Below are positions 1 to 8,469 of a stretch of 64,000 nt of DNA, piece after piece. Source of the DNA: Candidatus Latescibacterota bacterium (lineage in GTDB: Bacteria > Latescibacterota > UBA2968 > GCA-2709665); the NCBI GenBank assembly GCA_965203805.1, contig OZ241917.1, forward strand, positions 1,408,001 to 1,472,000. The letters run 5' to 3'. Position numbers and translations under genes: made by a program. Below the pieces are notes generated by a model. The model ran no database searches, had not been told where the DNA came from, and worked only from the letters and a program-made list of their open reading frames with translations. The number at the start of each line of letters is the position of its first letter. Positions within the stretch are counted from its first letter, which is position 1.

Positions 1-81
1 GTCCTTGACGGGACGCGGCCGCCACATCCTGGGCAAGAGCCCGTTCCCGTTCAGCGCCTGGCGGATCAGCTTGAATGACAC
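1..81 (-). CDS. N-terminal fragment (cut by window edge) of sarcosine oxidase beta-like / N-methylglutamate dehydrogenase subunit A
   Basis: Not in ORF track. GTG at 81 with AAGGGA upstream reads MSFKLIRQALNGNGLLPRMWRPRPVKD, resembling the SoxB/MgdA N-terminus before the FAD motif; lies directly downstream of mgsC on the same strand. Confidence 0.6.
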   Translation of the reverse strand, partial: MSFKLIRQALNGNGLLPRMWRPRPVKD

Positions 82-133
82 GAAACCGTCCCTTATAACC
101 CGGGCCTGTACCCGACGACGCGGGAGTCCACTT

Positions 134-1480
134 CTATTGCCAGCCGGGTCCGCCCCCGGCGACACGGTTCGTACCGACCAGCGGAAGATTGCAGATCATG
201 GACGCTTCCGAAGTCAGCGCGCGCATGTCTTCCGGCTCCAGGTCGTGTACGTCGGCCTTGCCGCACGCCCGCGCCAGAATCTGAATTTCTGACGTCATGG
301 CCTGCAGGAGGTTGGCCACGCGCTCGGCTGCTTCGTCCACGTGGAGCCTCGCCATCAGATCGGCGTCCTGCGTGGTTATGCCCACCGGACAGCGACCTGT
401 ATGGCAGTGATGACAGCGGTATGGCTCCGCGCCCAGCGCCCGATAGTCCTCCACGTGAATCGGTTTGTTGCAGTTCAATGCCATCAGTGCCGCCGTGCCG
501 ATGTATACCGCGTCGGCGCCCAGCGCCATGGCCTTGGCGGCGTCGACGCCGTTCCGGATGCCGCCCGCGATGATCAGCTGCACCTTTCCGTACATGCCGA
601 TATCTTCGAGCGCCGCCCGCGCCTCACATACCGCCGCCAGCGTGGGAATGCCCGTATGCTCCTGGCAGATTTCCGCGGACGCCCCGGTGCCGCCCTCCAT
701 GCCGTCCACCACGACCACGTCGGCCCCGGCCTTGGCCGCCAGGCGGACGTCGTCGAATACCCGCGTGGCGCCCATCTTGACGAAAATCGGGACCTGCCAG
801 TCCGTGGCCTCACGCAACTCCTCAATCTTGATGATCATATCGTCCGGACCCAGGAAATCCGGGTGCCGCGCAGGACTCCGCTGGTCCACGCCGAGGGGCA
901 GGTCCCGCTGCGACGCCACGTCGCCGAGCACCTTGGCGCCCAGCAGCAATCCCCCCGTGCCGGGCTTGGCGCCCTGTCCGATCGTGAGTTCGATCCCGTC
1001 GGCGACCCGGAGGTCGTGCACGTTGATCCCGTACCGGGACGGCAGGACCTCGTAGACCAGCACCTTGCTTTCCTCCCGCTCCGCCTTCAACATCCCGCCG
1101 TCGCCGGTCGTATTGGAGGACCCGACCATGTTGGCGCCGCGAGCCAGCGCCACCTTGGCGTTGTAGGACAGCGCGCCCCAACTCATGCCGGTGATCATGA
1201 TGGGCGTATCCAGCACGATGGGTTTTTCCGCATAACGACCGCCGAGAACCGTTTCCGCCGAGCAGCGCTCCCGGTATCCTTCCAGCGGAATTCGCGTCAA
1301 CGTGCAGGGAATGAAGGTCAGGTCGTCGAACGTGGGCCACCGCCGTTCCCGCAACGTACCGAACCCACGAATCCGGTACCGACCCAGTTCGGCCTTCACC
1401 TGGATGTCTTCGATGACGGCGGGCGTGAACGTACCGCTGGCCTGCGCCGGATGAAAGCTCCCGTTTTGGTCTTCCACCAT
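134..1480 (-). CDS. mgsC: FMN-binding glutamate synthase family protein (GlxD / N-methylglutamate synthase subunit C)
   Basis: GMSWGALS, TTGDGG, IGQGAKPGTGG, DGMEGGTGA and [3Fe-4S] motif CHHCHTGRCPVG; ATG at 1480 preferred; in operon with GXGXG and GATase subunits. Confidence 0.85.
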   Translation of the reverse strand: MVEDQNGSFHPAQASGTFTPAVIEDIQVKAELGRYRIRGFGTLRERRWPTFDDLTFIPCTLTRIPLEGYRERCSAETVLGGRYAEKPIVLDTPIMITGMSWGALSYNAKVALARGANMVGSSNTTGDGGMLKAEREESKVLVYEVLPSRYGINVHDLRVADGIELTIGQGAKPGTGGLLLGAKVLGDVASQRDLPLGVDQRSPARHPDFLGPDDMIIKIEELREATDWQVPIFVKMGATRVFDDVRLAAKAGADVVVVDGMEGGTGASAEICQEHTGIPTLAAVCEARAALEDIGMYGKVQLIIAGGIRNGVDAAKAMALGADAVYIGTAALMALNCNKPIHVEDYRALGAEPYRCHHCHTGRCPVGITTQDADLMARLHVDEAAERVANLLQAMTSEIQILARACGKADVHDLEPEDMRALTSEASMICNLPLVGTNRVAGGGPGWQ

Positions 1481-1554
1481 TGTCGCCCTGTTCGGATTGA
1501 ATGCGGATCGGTACGCCGCCGCCGGCATGCGCCGACGGATCTCGCCGTTCAGCC

Positions 1555-2250
1555 TTACAACGCTTCCCGCCAGACCGCGCGCTCGTCCTTGTCGAAATTC
1601 CAGAGCTTGCGCCCGGCCACCACTTTCTTGAACGACGTTACGTCCAGCCGCCTGTCCAGATGTTCCTGTACGGAAGCGCTCAGAAAGGCGAGATCGGCCT
1701 CGCCGGGCGTTTCGACCACCGCGTCATTGCCGAGTTCCGCGATCTCTCCCCCAACGAAACATTCGGTCTCGTACATCGAATCGGCGAAGGCGTCGCCGGT
1801 GTCGCCGCAAACAATAATGCGACCCCTCTGTCCCATGAAGCCGGCCATATACCCGCAATCCCCGCCGACGACGATCAGCCCGCCCTTCATTGCCACGCCC
1901 AGCCGCGCTGAGGCGTGACCCCGTACGACCACGGTCCCCCCGCGAACGGACGCCGCGGAACCGTTGCCCGCGTTGCCGTGGACGATGACCTTCCCGCTCA
2001 TCATCGACTCCGCCAGACCCCATCCCGCGCTTCCCTTCACCTCGACGGTCGCCCCGTCTATCATGCCGCCGCAATAATATCCCACGCTACCCTCCAGCGT
2101 GAGATGGACCGGATCCAGGAGCGCCACGCCGAGGTTATGCCGCGCGCACGGGTCGAGGACACGCACCCTGCTTTCCCCCGCGGCAACGAACGCCCGGATC
2201 TCCCGGTTGATCTCCCGTGTCGTCTTTCCGTTGCAGGTCAGTTGTGCCAT
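1555..2250 (-). CDS. mgsB: GXGXG-domain glutamate synthase alpha C-terminal-like subunit (GlxC / MgsB)
   Basis: Beta-helix glycine repeats (GSVGYYCGGM, GNAGNGSAAS, GDCGYMAGFMGQRG) and C-terminal RKLWNF. Confidence 0.85.
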   Translation of the reverse strand: MAQLTCNGKTTREINREIRAFVAAGESRVRVLDPCARHNLGVALLDPVHLTLEGSVGYYCGGMIDGATVEVKGSAGWGLAESMMSGKVIVHGNAGNGSAASVRGGTVVVRGHASARLGVAMKGGLIVVGGDCGYMAGFMGQRGRIIVCGDTGDAFADSMYETECFVGGEIAELGNDAVVETPGEADLAFLSASVQEHLDRRLDVTSFKKVVAGRKLWNFDKDERAVWREAL

Positions 2251-3143
2251 AGCCGCATGTCCTTCGCACGGGCTTCAACCACGTCGTAGGCGCCATCGAG
2301 GGCCGAACGGAACGCGATCTCTTCCGTGGCCACCGCCGCAAAATCGGCCGTTTCCGCAAAGAGCAACGGCTTGAACGCGTAGGGGTCCCGAACGAAGCCG
2401 ACAGCGTCGGGTGTGGCCACCAGATAGCTGAACGAGCCGTCCAGTTCTACCAGAGAGGCGGCCATCGCCGCCTCCAGGTCCTTTCCGTCCGCAAGTTTCC
2501 GGTGCAGGTACATTCCGATAATTTCGGAGTCGTTCTCGGTATAGAACCTTGCGCCGTCCTGCTCGTAGATGCGCCGCAACTTGTGATAGTTGGTGATGTG
2601 CCCGTTGTGCACAACGGCAAGATCGGGATGTCCGTGGGCCCAGAACGGCTGTGAGTGGCTCAGATCGATTCGGGACTCGGTGGAAAGGCGGGTGTGGCCG
2701 ATGCCGTGGGTCCCTTCGAAGCCGGATATCCCGTATGTCTCGTCCAGATTGCGCGGAGATCCGACCTGCTTTACAATTTCCAGCCGGCGCCCCATGCTCA
2801 CCACCTCGACACCGTCGCCCGCGGCCTCGATGGCCTGCTCGAGTCGTCTGGCTTCGCCTCCGTACACGAGAGCAAGCCGCAGGTATTCCGCCGTGCGGGC
2901 GTGCTCTGACACGACACCGAATGCCTCCGCCCGCGAAACGACCCGCCGCGCCGTCGCCTCGTAATCTGCATCTTCCCCCAGACTCACGCGCAACACCAGA
3001 CGCCCGTCCCGCCCCTCGCCATACAGTGCAACGCCTGCCGAGTCCGGCCCTCGGCAATCCAGCGCGTTCAGCATTTTCAAGACGGTCTGACCAAGCCCGC
3101 AGGCGTTCTCCTGACGGTTCCAGAATCCCACAATTCCGCACAT
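2238..3143 (-). CDS. mgsA: Class II glutamine amidotransferase (GlxB / MgsA)
   Basis: N-terminal MCGIVG, RGPDSAG, GHTRLSTES, HNGHITN, ENDSE; start set at the MCGI ATG (3143). Confidence 0.85.
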   Translation of the reverse strand: MCGIVGFWNRQENACGLGQTVLKMLNALDCRGPDSAGVALYGEGRDGRLVLRVSLGEDADYEATARRVVSRAEAFGVVSEHARTAEYLRLALVYGGEARRLEQAIEAAGDGVEVVSMGRRLEIVKQVGSPRNLDETYGISGFEGTHGIGHTRLSTESRIDLSHSQPFWAHGHPDLAVVHNGHITNYHKLRRIYEQDGARFYTENDSEIIGMYLHRKLADGKDLEAAMAASLVELDGSFSYLVATPDAVGFVRDPYAFKPLLFAETADFAAVATEEIAFRSALDGAYDVVEARAKDMRLWHN

Positions 3144-3202
3144 TGTCTTTTCTCCGGAAATGCACAAAAAAATCCGTACCGACTTCGATGAAGCGGGTAC
3201 GG

Positions 3203-3231
3203 ATGATCGCACCGCACCGGATAAATGTCAA
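3203..3231 (-). promoter_or_regulatory. Putative sigma70 promoter of mgs operon
   Basis: TTGACA-17 bp-GATCAT on minus strand, about 60 bp upstream of mgsA. Confidence 0.4.
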
Positions 3232-3257
3232 GCCAAACTTGGTTTGCGCCCCGTCCC

Positions 3258-4598
3258 CTATCGGGCGGCCCCGCAGCACCGCTTGAATTTTCTTCCGCTG
3301 CCGCAGGGACACGGCTCGTTACGGCCCGCGCTTCGGGCCCGGGAGGCCGCCCGTCGGGATTCCCTGGCCCGCACCCAATGCATCACGTTCGCCGCGGGCC
3401 GGCCGGCCGCGAGTTCTTTCGCCATCATTTGCATGTAGGGGTCCACGTGGCCGAAGAACATCTTGTACCCCGTGCAGAGGTAGTTCAGCCCTGCCTCCCC
3501 GTCGGGCGTGTGGATGAACCTCTGCTTGGGGCAGCCCCCGTTGCAGGCAAACTTGTAGTCGCAGGCCCTGCAGTACGCCGGCAGCGTATCCCGCTTGTCG
3601 GAACCGAATTTTTCCTGCAGGGGGCTGGACACCATTTCACGAATGCTCTTTTCGCGGACGTTGCCGAGATTGTACCGGGGATAAACGAAATGGTCGCAGG
3701 AATACAGATCTCCATTGTGTTCGATGATCAGCGCCCTGCCGCACTTTTCCGCGAAGATGCAGAGACTGGCGTCCTGGCCCATCCAGCTTCCCAGCGCGAT
3801 ATCGAACATCTGGACGAAATACCGGCCAACGTCCTTCCGGACCCATTCGTCGAAGACCGCGCAAAGGAACCGGCCGTACTGCGCCGAGCCCACCGACCAC
3901 TTCGAAACCTGAGCCCGCCCGTCGAACTCCGGCGCCACAAGCTCCAGGAGATCGTCACCAGGCGAGTCCGCGATTCGCTCCACAATCGGGATGAACTGCA
4001 TGTAGCGGCTCCCGATGGACTTGAGAAAGCGATACACTTCCACCGGATAATCCGCGTTATGGGCCTGCAGCACCGTGAGGGTATTGTACTCCACCCGGTG
4101 TTTCTTCAGGACGTCCAGACCCGCCATCACGCGGTCGAACGTGGGCTTTCCCCCTTTGTCCACTCGGTACCTGTCGTGCATCTCCCGCGGTCCGTCCACG
4201 GACAATCCCACCAGAAACCCGTGTTCAGCCAGAAACTCCCCCCACTCGTCGTCGAGCAGGATTCCGTTGGTCTGGAAGGCGTTCGTGATGGTCCTGCCAT
4301 CGGCATACGTCTCCTGGAAGTCCACCGCCCGCCGGTAGAAATCCACGCCCATCAGCGTGGGTTCGCCGCCCTGCCAGGCGAAATGCACCTCCGGAACATC
4401 CTGCGCTTCGATGTAATGGCGGACGTACAACTCCAGCGTCTCGTCGTCCATTCGCCAGTTCCCGCCGGCGTCGGGATACAGCTTTTCCTTCTCCAGGTAG
4501 AAACAGTACTTGCAGTCGATATTGCAGACGGCGCCGGATGGCTTTGCCATCACGTGACAGGCCTCGGCGCCCTGGATGGTCGTCTCGTCGATTGCCAT
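3258..4598 (-). CDS. Anaerobic sulfatase maturase (radical SAM/SPASM) with C-terminal SEC-C motif
   Basis: CNIDCKYC, WQGGEP, FQTNG, SPASM cysteines, GRNEPCPCGSGRKFKRCC; start 4598 or 4607. Confidence 0.92.
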   Translation of the reverse strand: MAIDETTIQGAEACHVMAKPSGAVCNIDCKYCFYLEKEKLYPDAGGNWRMDDETLELYVRHYIEAQDVPEVHFAWQGGEPTLMGVDFYRRAVDFQETYADGRTITNAFQTNGILLDDEWGEFLAEHGFLVGLSVDGPREMHDRYRVDKGGKPTFDRVMAGLDVLKKHRVEYNTLTVLQAHNADYPVEVYRFLKSIGSRYMQFIPIVERIADSPGDDLLELVAPEFDGRAQVSKWSVGSAQYGRFLCAVFDEWVRKDVGRYFVQMFDIALGSWMGQDASLCIFAEKCGRALIIEHNGDLYSCDHFVYPRYNLGNVREKSIREMVSSPLQEKFGSDKRDTLPAYCRACDYKFACNGGCPKQRFIHTPDGEAGLNYLCTGYKMFFGHVDPYMQMMAKELAAGRPAANVMHWVRARESRRAASRARSAGRNEPCPCGSGRKFKRCCGAAR

Positions 4599-4657
4599 TT
4601 CGGTCATCCGGTTTGAAATGCCACGGCCTGCGCCCGGCATACGCTGCAGGAACCCGT

Positions 4658-5503
4658 CTACGCGTCGTCCAACGCGGCAGGATCGAACGACCTGACGTGC
4701 GCGTCGCCGCCGCTTGCAGTCCCCTTCCACGCGTAGGGGTCTTCTCCCGCCACCATAATGATGCCCCGGTAGTCTGCCCTCGCCATCCTTCCATCGTCCG
4801 GCGCGTGCCACGGCAGAAGCGAGTAAGCGTTCATGTAGTGATTCACCAGGACCCTCCGGAACCGGTCGGAGCGGTTCTTTCGCGAGCGGTGCAACAGGTA
4901 ACCGTTAAAAAAAACCACGGCTCCCGCACGGCACGCCACCGGTATTTCACCCTGGTCATCGAAGCCGTAGGACTCCTGGGCGGAGTCGAACTCGTCCGGC
5001 CGCCCGTGCGAACGCTGGGGAAACAGATAGCCGGTCCGGTGGGACCCGGGAAGGACCCACATGCACCCATTCTCTACGGTCGCGTCGTCCAGCGCGTACC
5101 AGGCGCCGGTAAGGCTTCTGTCGCGCGTGGGGATGTACACCTCGTCCTGATGCCAGGCCTGGCCGGGAAACCCGGGCGGCTTGATGAACAGCATGGTCTG
5201 CATGCATTTGACGTCGGGCGCCACCAGCCGTGAAAGCGCCCTGGAAACCCCCCGATGCGCGAGGGCCCTCCGCATGAACGGGCTGATGTGGTGCGGCTGG
5301 TGGATGCACAGATATTGCGAAAGGGCCGCTTCGTCGGACATCACGTTGGGCACCGGCTTGAGACTCTCGCTTTTGTAAGCTCCGCGACAGAGCTTTACCG
5401 CATCACCACGAATAGACGCCACGTCCTCTTCGCTCAGCAGCCCTTCTACGACCAGATACCCCTGTTCCCGGTAGGACTCGACCTGTGCTATCGAAAGTTC
5501 CAT
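4658..5503 (-). CDS. Phytanoyl-CoA dioxygenase (PhyH) family Fe(II)/2OG oxygenase
   Basis: WHQD, DDATVENGCMWVLPGSH, distal LLHRS. Confidence 0.9.
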   Translation of the reverse strand: MELSIAQVESYREQGYLVVEGLLSEEDVASIRGDAVKLCRGAYKSESLKPVPNVMSDEAALSQYLCIHQPHHISPFMRRALAHRGVSRALSRLVAPDVKCMQTMLFIKPPGFPGQAWHQDEVYIPTRDRSLTGAWYALDDATVENGCMWVLPGSHRTGYLFPQRSHGRPDEFDSAQESYGFDDQGEIPVACRAGAVVFFNGYLLHRSRKNRSDRFRRVLVNHYMNAYSLLPWHAPDDGRMARADYRGIIMVAGEDPYAWKGTASGGDAHVRSFDPAALDDA

Positions 5504-5550
5504 CGCATATCCCCGCGTTTACGACGGTTTCCGCTGACGTAACTTACTGA

Positions 5551-5579
5551 AAAATAATCGCGGGTCGCCCGATTGTCAA
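5551..5579 (-). promoter_or_regulatory. Putative sigma70 promoter of phyH-maturase unit
   Basis: TTGACA-17 bp-TATTTT on minus strand. Confidence 0.45.
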
Positions 5580-5623
5580 TGCCGGGCGTTACCGTCCGGG
5601 TTCAAACAACATCGTACCGGACA

Positions 5624-6787
5624 TCACACTTTGGAAGACCGGGGTCTCTCCCCGAATTCCGACGCGGATATCACCCGATCGTACACCGCCTCCAGCCGGA
5701 TGCCCAGCTTCCGCATGTCGTGGGCGTCTTCAGCGTGCGCCCGCCCCGCCCGGCCGATGTCGTCCCGCAGACGGCGGGACGTCAGCAGCGCATCCAGACC
5801 CTCCGCAAGTCCGTCCGCGTCCCGTTCCGGGAACAACAACGCGCACCGGCCGTCGGGCGCCACCGTCGGGATGTCTGCATGGAGCGAGGAGACGATCGGC
5901 AGCCCGGAAGCCATCGCTTCGATCAACGCCACCGGCGCCCCCCCTTCCGAGTCGCCATCCGAAGCGGTCACGCTGGGATACAACAGGACGGTTGCCCGTG
6001 CGAGTTCCTCCAGACAGGCCCCGTGGGGCAGCATGCCCAGCAGGGCGACGCGGTCACCGAGTCCGAGTCGGAAGATTTCCTTCTCCACCTCCGATCGCAG
6101 TTCGCCGTCGCCGATAATGCGCACCTTCAGGCCGGGATGCGACCCCAGGATTTTTCGGCACGCCCGGAGCCCGTATATGTGCCCCTTTTTCTCGCGGAAA
6201 TTGGCATACATCAGCACCGCCGCCTGCTCCCTGGCCTCAGGCGGCGCCTGCGCGATCTTCTCGAGGTCGACGCCCAGGCGTTGAACGCGGACCTTATCGG
6301 GAGGACATCCGATGGAGACCAGCGATTCGCCCATATGCGGTCCCTCGACCAGGAAGAGTTCGCCCTCACGAAACAGCCGGCCAAACCGGCGCCTCCACAG
6401 CCGCCGGCGCGGCAGCGCGGACGCATCCATCCCGTAGAACGTGGTTACCATTGGCACCCGTGCGCTTCGCCGCGCCGCCAGGCAGAAATATCCCTCCTGT
6501 CCGAAATGGGCATGGACGATCCCGGCGCGTTCTTCCCTGAGGACATTGCCGTAGCCGGCGTACGTGCCCCGGAACTTGCGTATCACCCGGTAGACCGACC
6601 GGCGCAGCCGCGGCAGGTTTTCGCTCGAATGGAGCGTTGCAACCGGGAATTCGTCCTCGTTACGCCGGGCCTGTGTCAACACGACGGGCCGATATCGCGT
6701 GAGGCTGCGGATCTGATCGTAACACCAGACCATCGTCAAAGTGAGAAACGGATTCGCACAGTGCGCCACCGTCGGCTTCTCCGGCAT
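5624..6787 (-). CDS. Glycosyltransferase family 4 (WcaL-like)
   Basis: HAHFG, FREKKG, DSEGGAPVALIEAMASG (E-x7-E). Confidence 0.88.
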   Translation of the reverse strand: MPEKPTVAHCANPFLTLTMVWCYDQIRSLTRYRPVVLTQARRNEDEFPVATLHSSENLPRLRRSVYRVIRKFRGTYAGYGNVLREERAGIVHAHFGQEGYFCLAARRSARVPMVTTFYGMDASALPRRRLWRRRFGRLFREGELFLVEGPHMGESLVSIGCPPDKVRVQRLGVDLEKIAQAPPEAREQAAVLMYANFREKKGHIYGLRACRKILGSHPGLKVRIIGDGELRSEVEKEIFRLGLGDRVALLGMLPHGACLEELARATVLLYPSVTASDGDSEGGAPVALIEAMASGLPIVSSLHADIPTVAPDGRCALLFPERDADGLAEGLDALLTSRRLRDDIGRAGRAHAEDAHDMRKLGIRLEAVYDRVISASEFGERPRSSKV

Positions 6788-6876
6788 TCACAATTCCTCT
6801 CGATCGTACGTCGACGCCCGATACGCGGCGCCTGGCGGATCGGCAGCCAGCGCGCGCTCCCGCCGTGACGAAACAC

Positions 6877-6905
6877 TTGACACCCCGCACCGCATCGCAT
6901 AATAT
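6877..6905 (+). promoter_or_regulatory. Putative sigma70 promoter of rhamnulokinase
   Basis: TTGACA-17 bp-TAATAT; AAGGAG RBS before ATG 6960. Confidence 0.55.
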
Positions 6906-6959
6906 CGCAAACGATCAACCCGCGCACAACGCGAAGAAGGCGATCCGGAAGGAGTCGCG

Positions 6960-8450
6960 ATGCCCCAGACCTACCTCGCGTTCGATCTCGGCGCGTCCAG
7001 CGGACGGGCCGTTATCGGCCGCTTCGACGGAAAGGTCGTAGAACTCGAGGAAATCCACCGCTTCGCCAACGGCCCGGTCACCGTTGCGGGAGGGCTCTAT
7101 TGGGATGCCCTTCGGCTCTATGAAGAAATGCTCGCCGGGCTTCGAAAATGCGTGCAGATCTCCGGACCGGAGCTCGCGGGCATCGGCATCGACACCTGGG
7201 GCGTGGATTTCGCGCTCCTGGACGGTGGCGACGAACTCCTGGGGAATCCCCGCTGCTACCGGGATCCACGGGTCCAGGGGATGTTGAAAAGGGCGATCAG
7301 CCGCGTCTCAAGAGCGGAAATCTTCGAGCAGACCGGCCTGCAGTTCCTGGAAATCAATACGCTCTATCAGCTGCTGTCGATGACGGAGAGGAATGCCCCG
7401 CACCTTCGAATGGCACGCACGTTCCTGATGATGCCGGACCTGTTCAATTTCTGGCTGACCGGCCGCAAGGTTTGCGAGTTTTCGAATGCCACCACCACCC
7501 AGTTCTACAATCCGAAATCGGGCGGATGGGCAACCGACCTGCTGGACCGTCTCGACATCCCCAAAGACATGCTTCCCGAGATCGTTCCGCCGGGAACGTC
7601 CCTGGGAGCGCTTCGCCCGGAGATTGCAGCGGATGCCGGCGTCCGGTCCGGCGACGTGATCGCCCCGGCGTGCCACGACACCGGATCCGCCGTGGCGGCC
7701 GTTCCCTTTTCGAGCGCCGATGCGGCCTACATCAGTTCCGGCACCTGGGCGCTGCTCGGTACGGAACTTCAGGTCCCGAACGTAACCCCGGAAGCCCTTC
7801 GATACAACTTTACCAACGAGGGCGGCGTGTGCGGAACGTTCCGGTTTTTAAAGAACGTCACCGGGCTGTGGATCGTCCAGGAATGCAGACGCATCCGGGA
7901 GAACCAGGGTCGCGCTTTCTCTTTCTCCGACCTCGTCCTGCTGGCGGAAGCAGCGCCCGCATTGACCTCGTTCATCGACCCCGACCACCCGGACTTTCTT
8001 GAGCCGGGAGATATGCCTGCGCGAATCCGCGCGTACTGCAAGCGGACGGGACAGACGGAACCCGCCACCGACGGCGCCGTCATCCGGTGCGCCCTGGAGA
8101 GCCTCGCCCTCAAGTGCCGATACGTCCTGGAGGATCTCGAGTCGGTCCTCAACCGGAAACTGCGCACGATCCACATCGTGGGCGGGGGTATCCGGAACAC
8201 CCTCTTGAACCAGTTTACCGCCAATGCAGCCGGACGCCCGGTTCTCACGGGTCCGGCCGAGGCCACCGCGCTGGGAAACGTACTCGTGCAGGCATACGCA
8301 CGGCGAGAAATCGATTCCCTCGCCGGTATCCGCGAAGTCGTTCGCAACTCCACGGAACTCGCGACCTTCGAGCCTGACGGCGGCGGCGCGTGGGAAGACG
8401 CGTACGCCCGTTTTCGTCGGCTGTTGAACGATCAGACCGGCCTCGACTGA
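6960..8450 (+). CDS. rhaB: Rhamnulokinase (FGGY sugar kinase)
   Basis: DLGASSGR, GIDTWGVD, HDTGSAV, ISSGTW, FTNEGG, EATALGN. Confidence 0.88.
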   Translation: MPQTYLAFDLGASSGRAVIGRFDGKVVELEEIHRFANGPVTVAGGLYWDALRLYEEMLAGLRKCVQISGPELAGIGIDTWGVDFALLDGGDELLGNPRCYRDPRVQGMLKRAISRVSRAEIFEQTGLQFLEINTLYQLLSMTERNAPHLRMARTFLMMPDLFNFWLTGRKVCEFSNATTTQFYNPKSGGWATDLLDRLDIPKDMLPEIVPPGTSLGALRPEIAADAGVRSGDVIAPACHDTGSAVAAVPFSSADAAYISSGTWALLGTELQVPNVTPEALRYNFTNEGGVCGTFRFLKNVTGLWIVQECRRIRENQGRAFSFSDLVLLAEAAPALTSFIDPDHPDFLEPGDMPARIRAYCKRTGQTEPATDGAVIRCALESLALKCRYVLEDLESVLNRKLRTIHIVGGGIRNTLLNQFTANAAGRPVLTGPAEATALGNVLVQAYARREIDSLAGIREVVRNSTELATFEPDGGGAWEDAYARFRRLLNDQTGLD

Positions 8451-8469
8451 GAAAGGCTGCGCCAGGCAA

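Noticed and set aside
341-1918. Long antisense/alternate-frame ORFs (e.g. 341-1918, 3225-4616, 5573-6868, 10078-11544, 41951-43126, 44008-45315)
   Set aside because: Shadows of well-supported genes in high-GC DNA; no recognisable motifs
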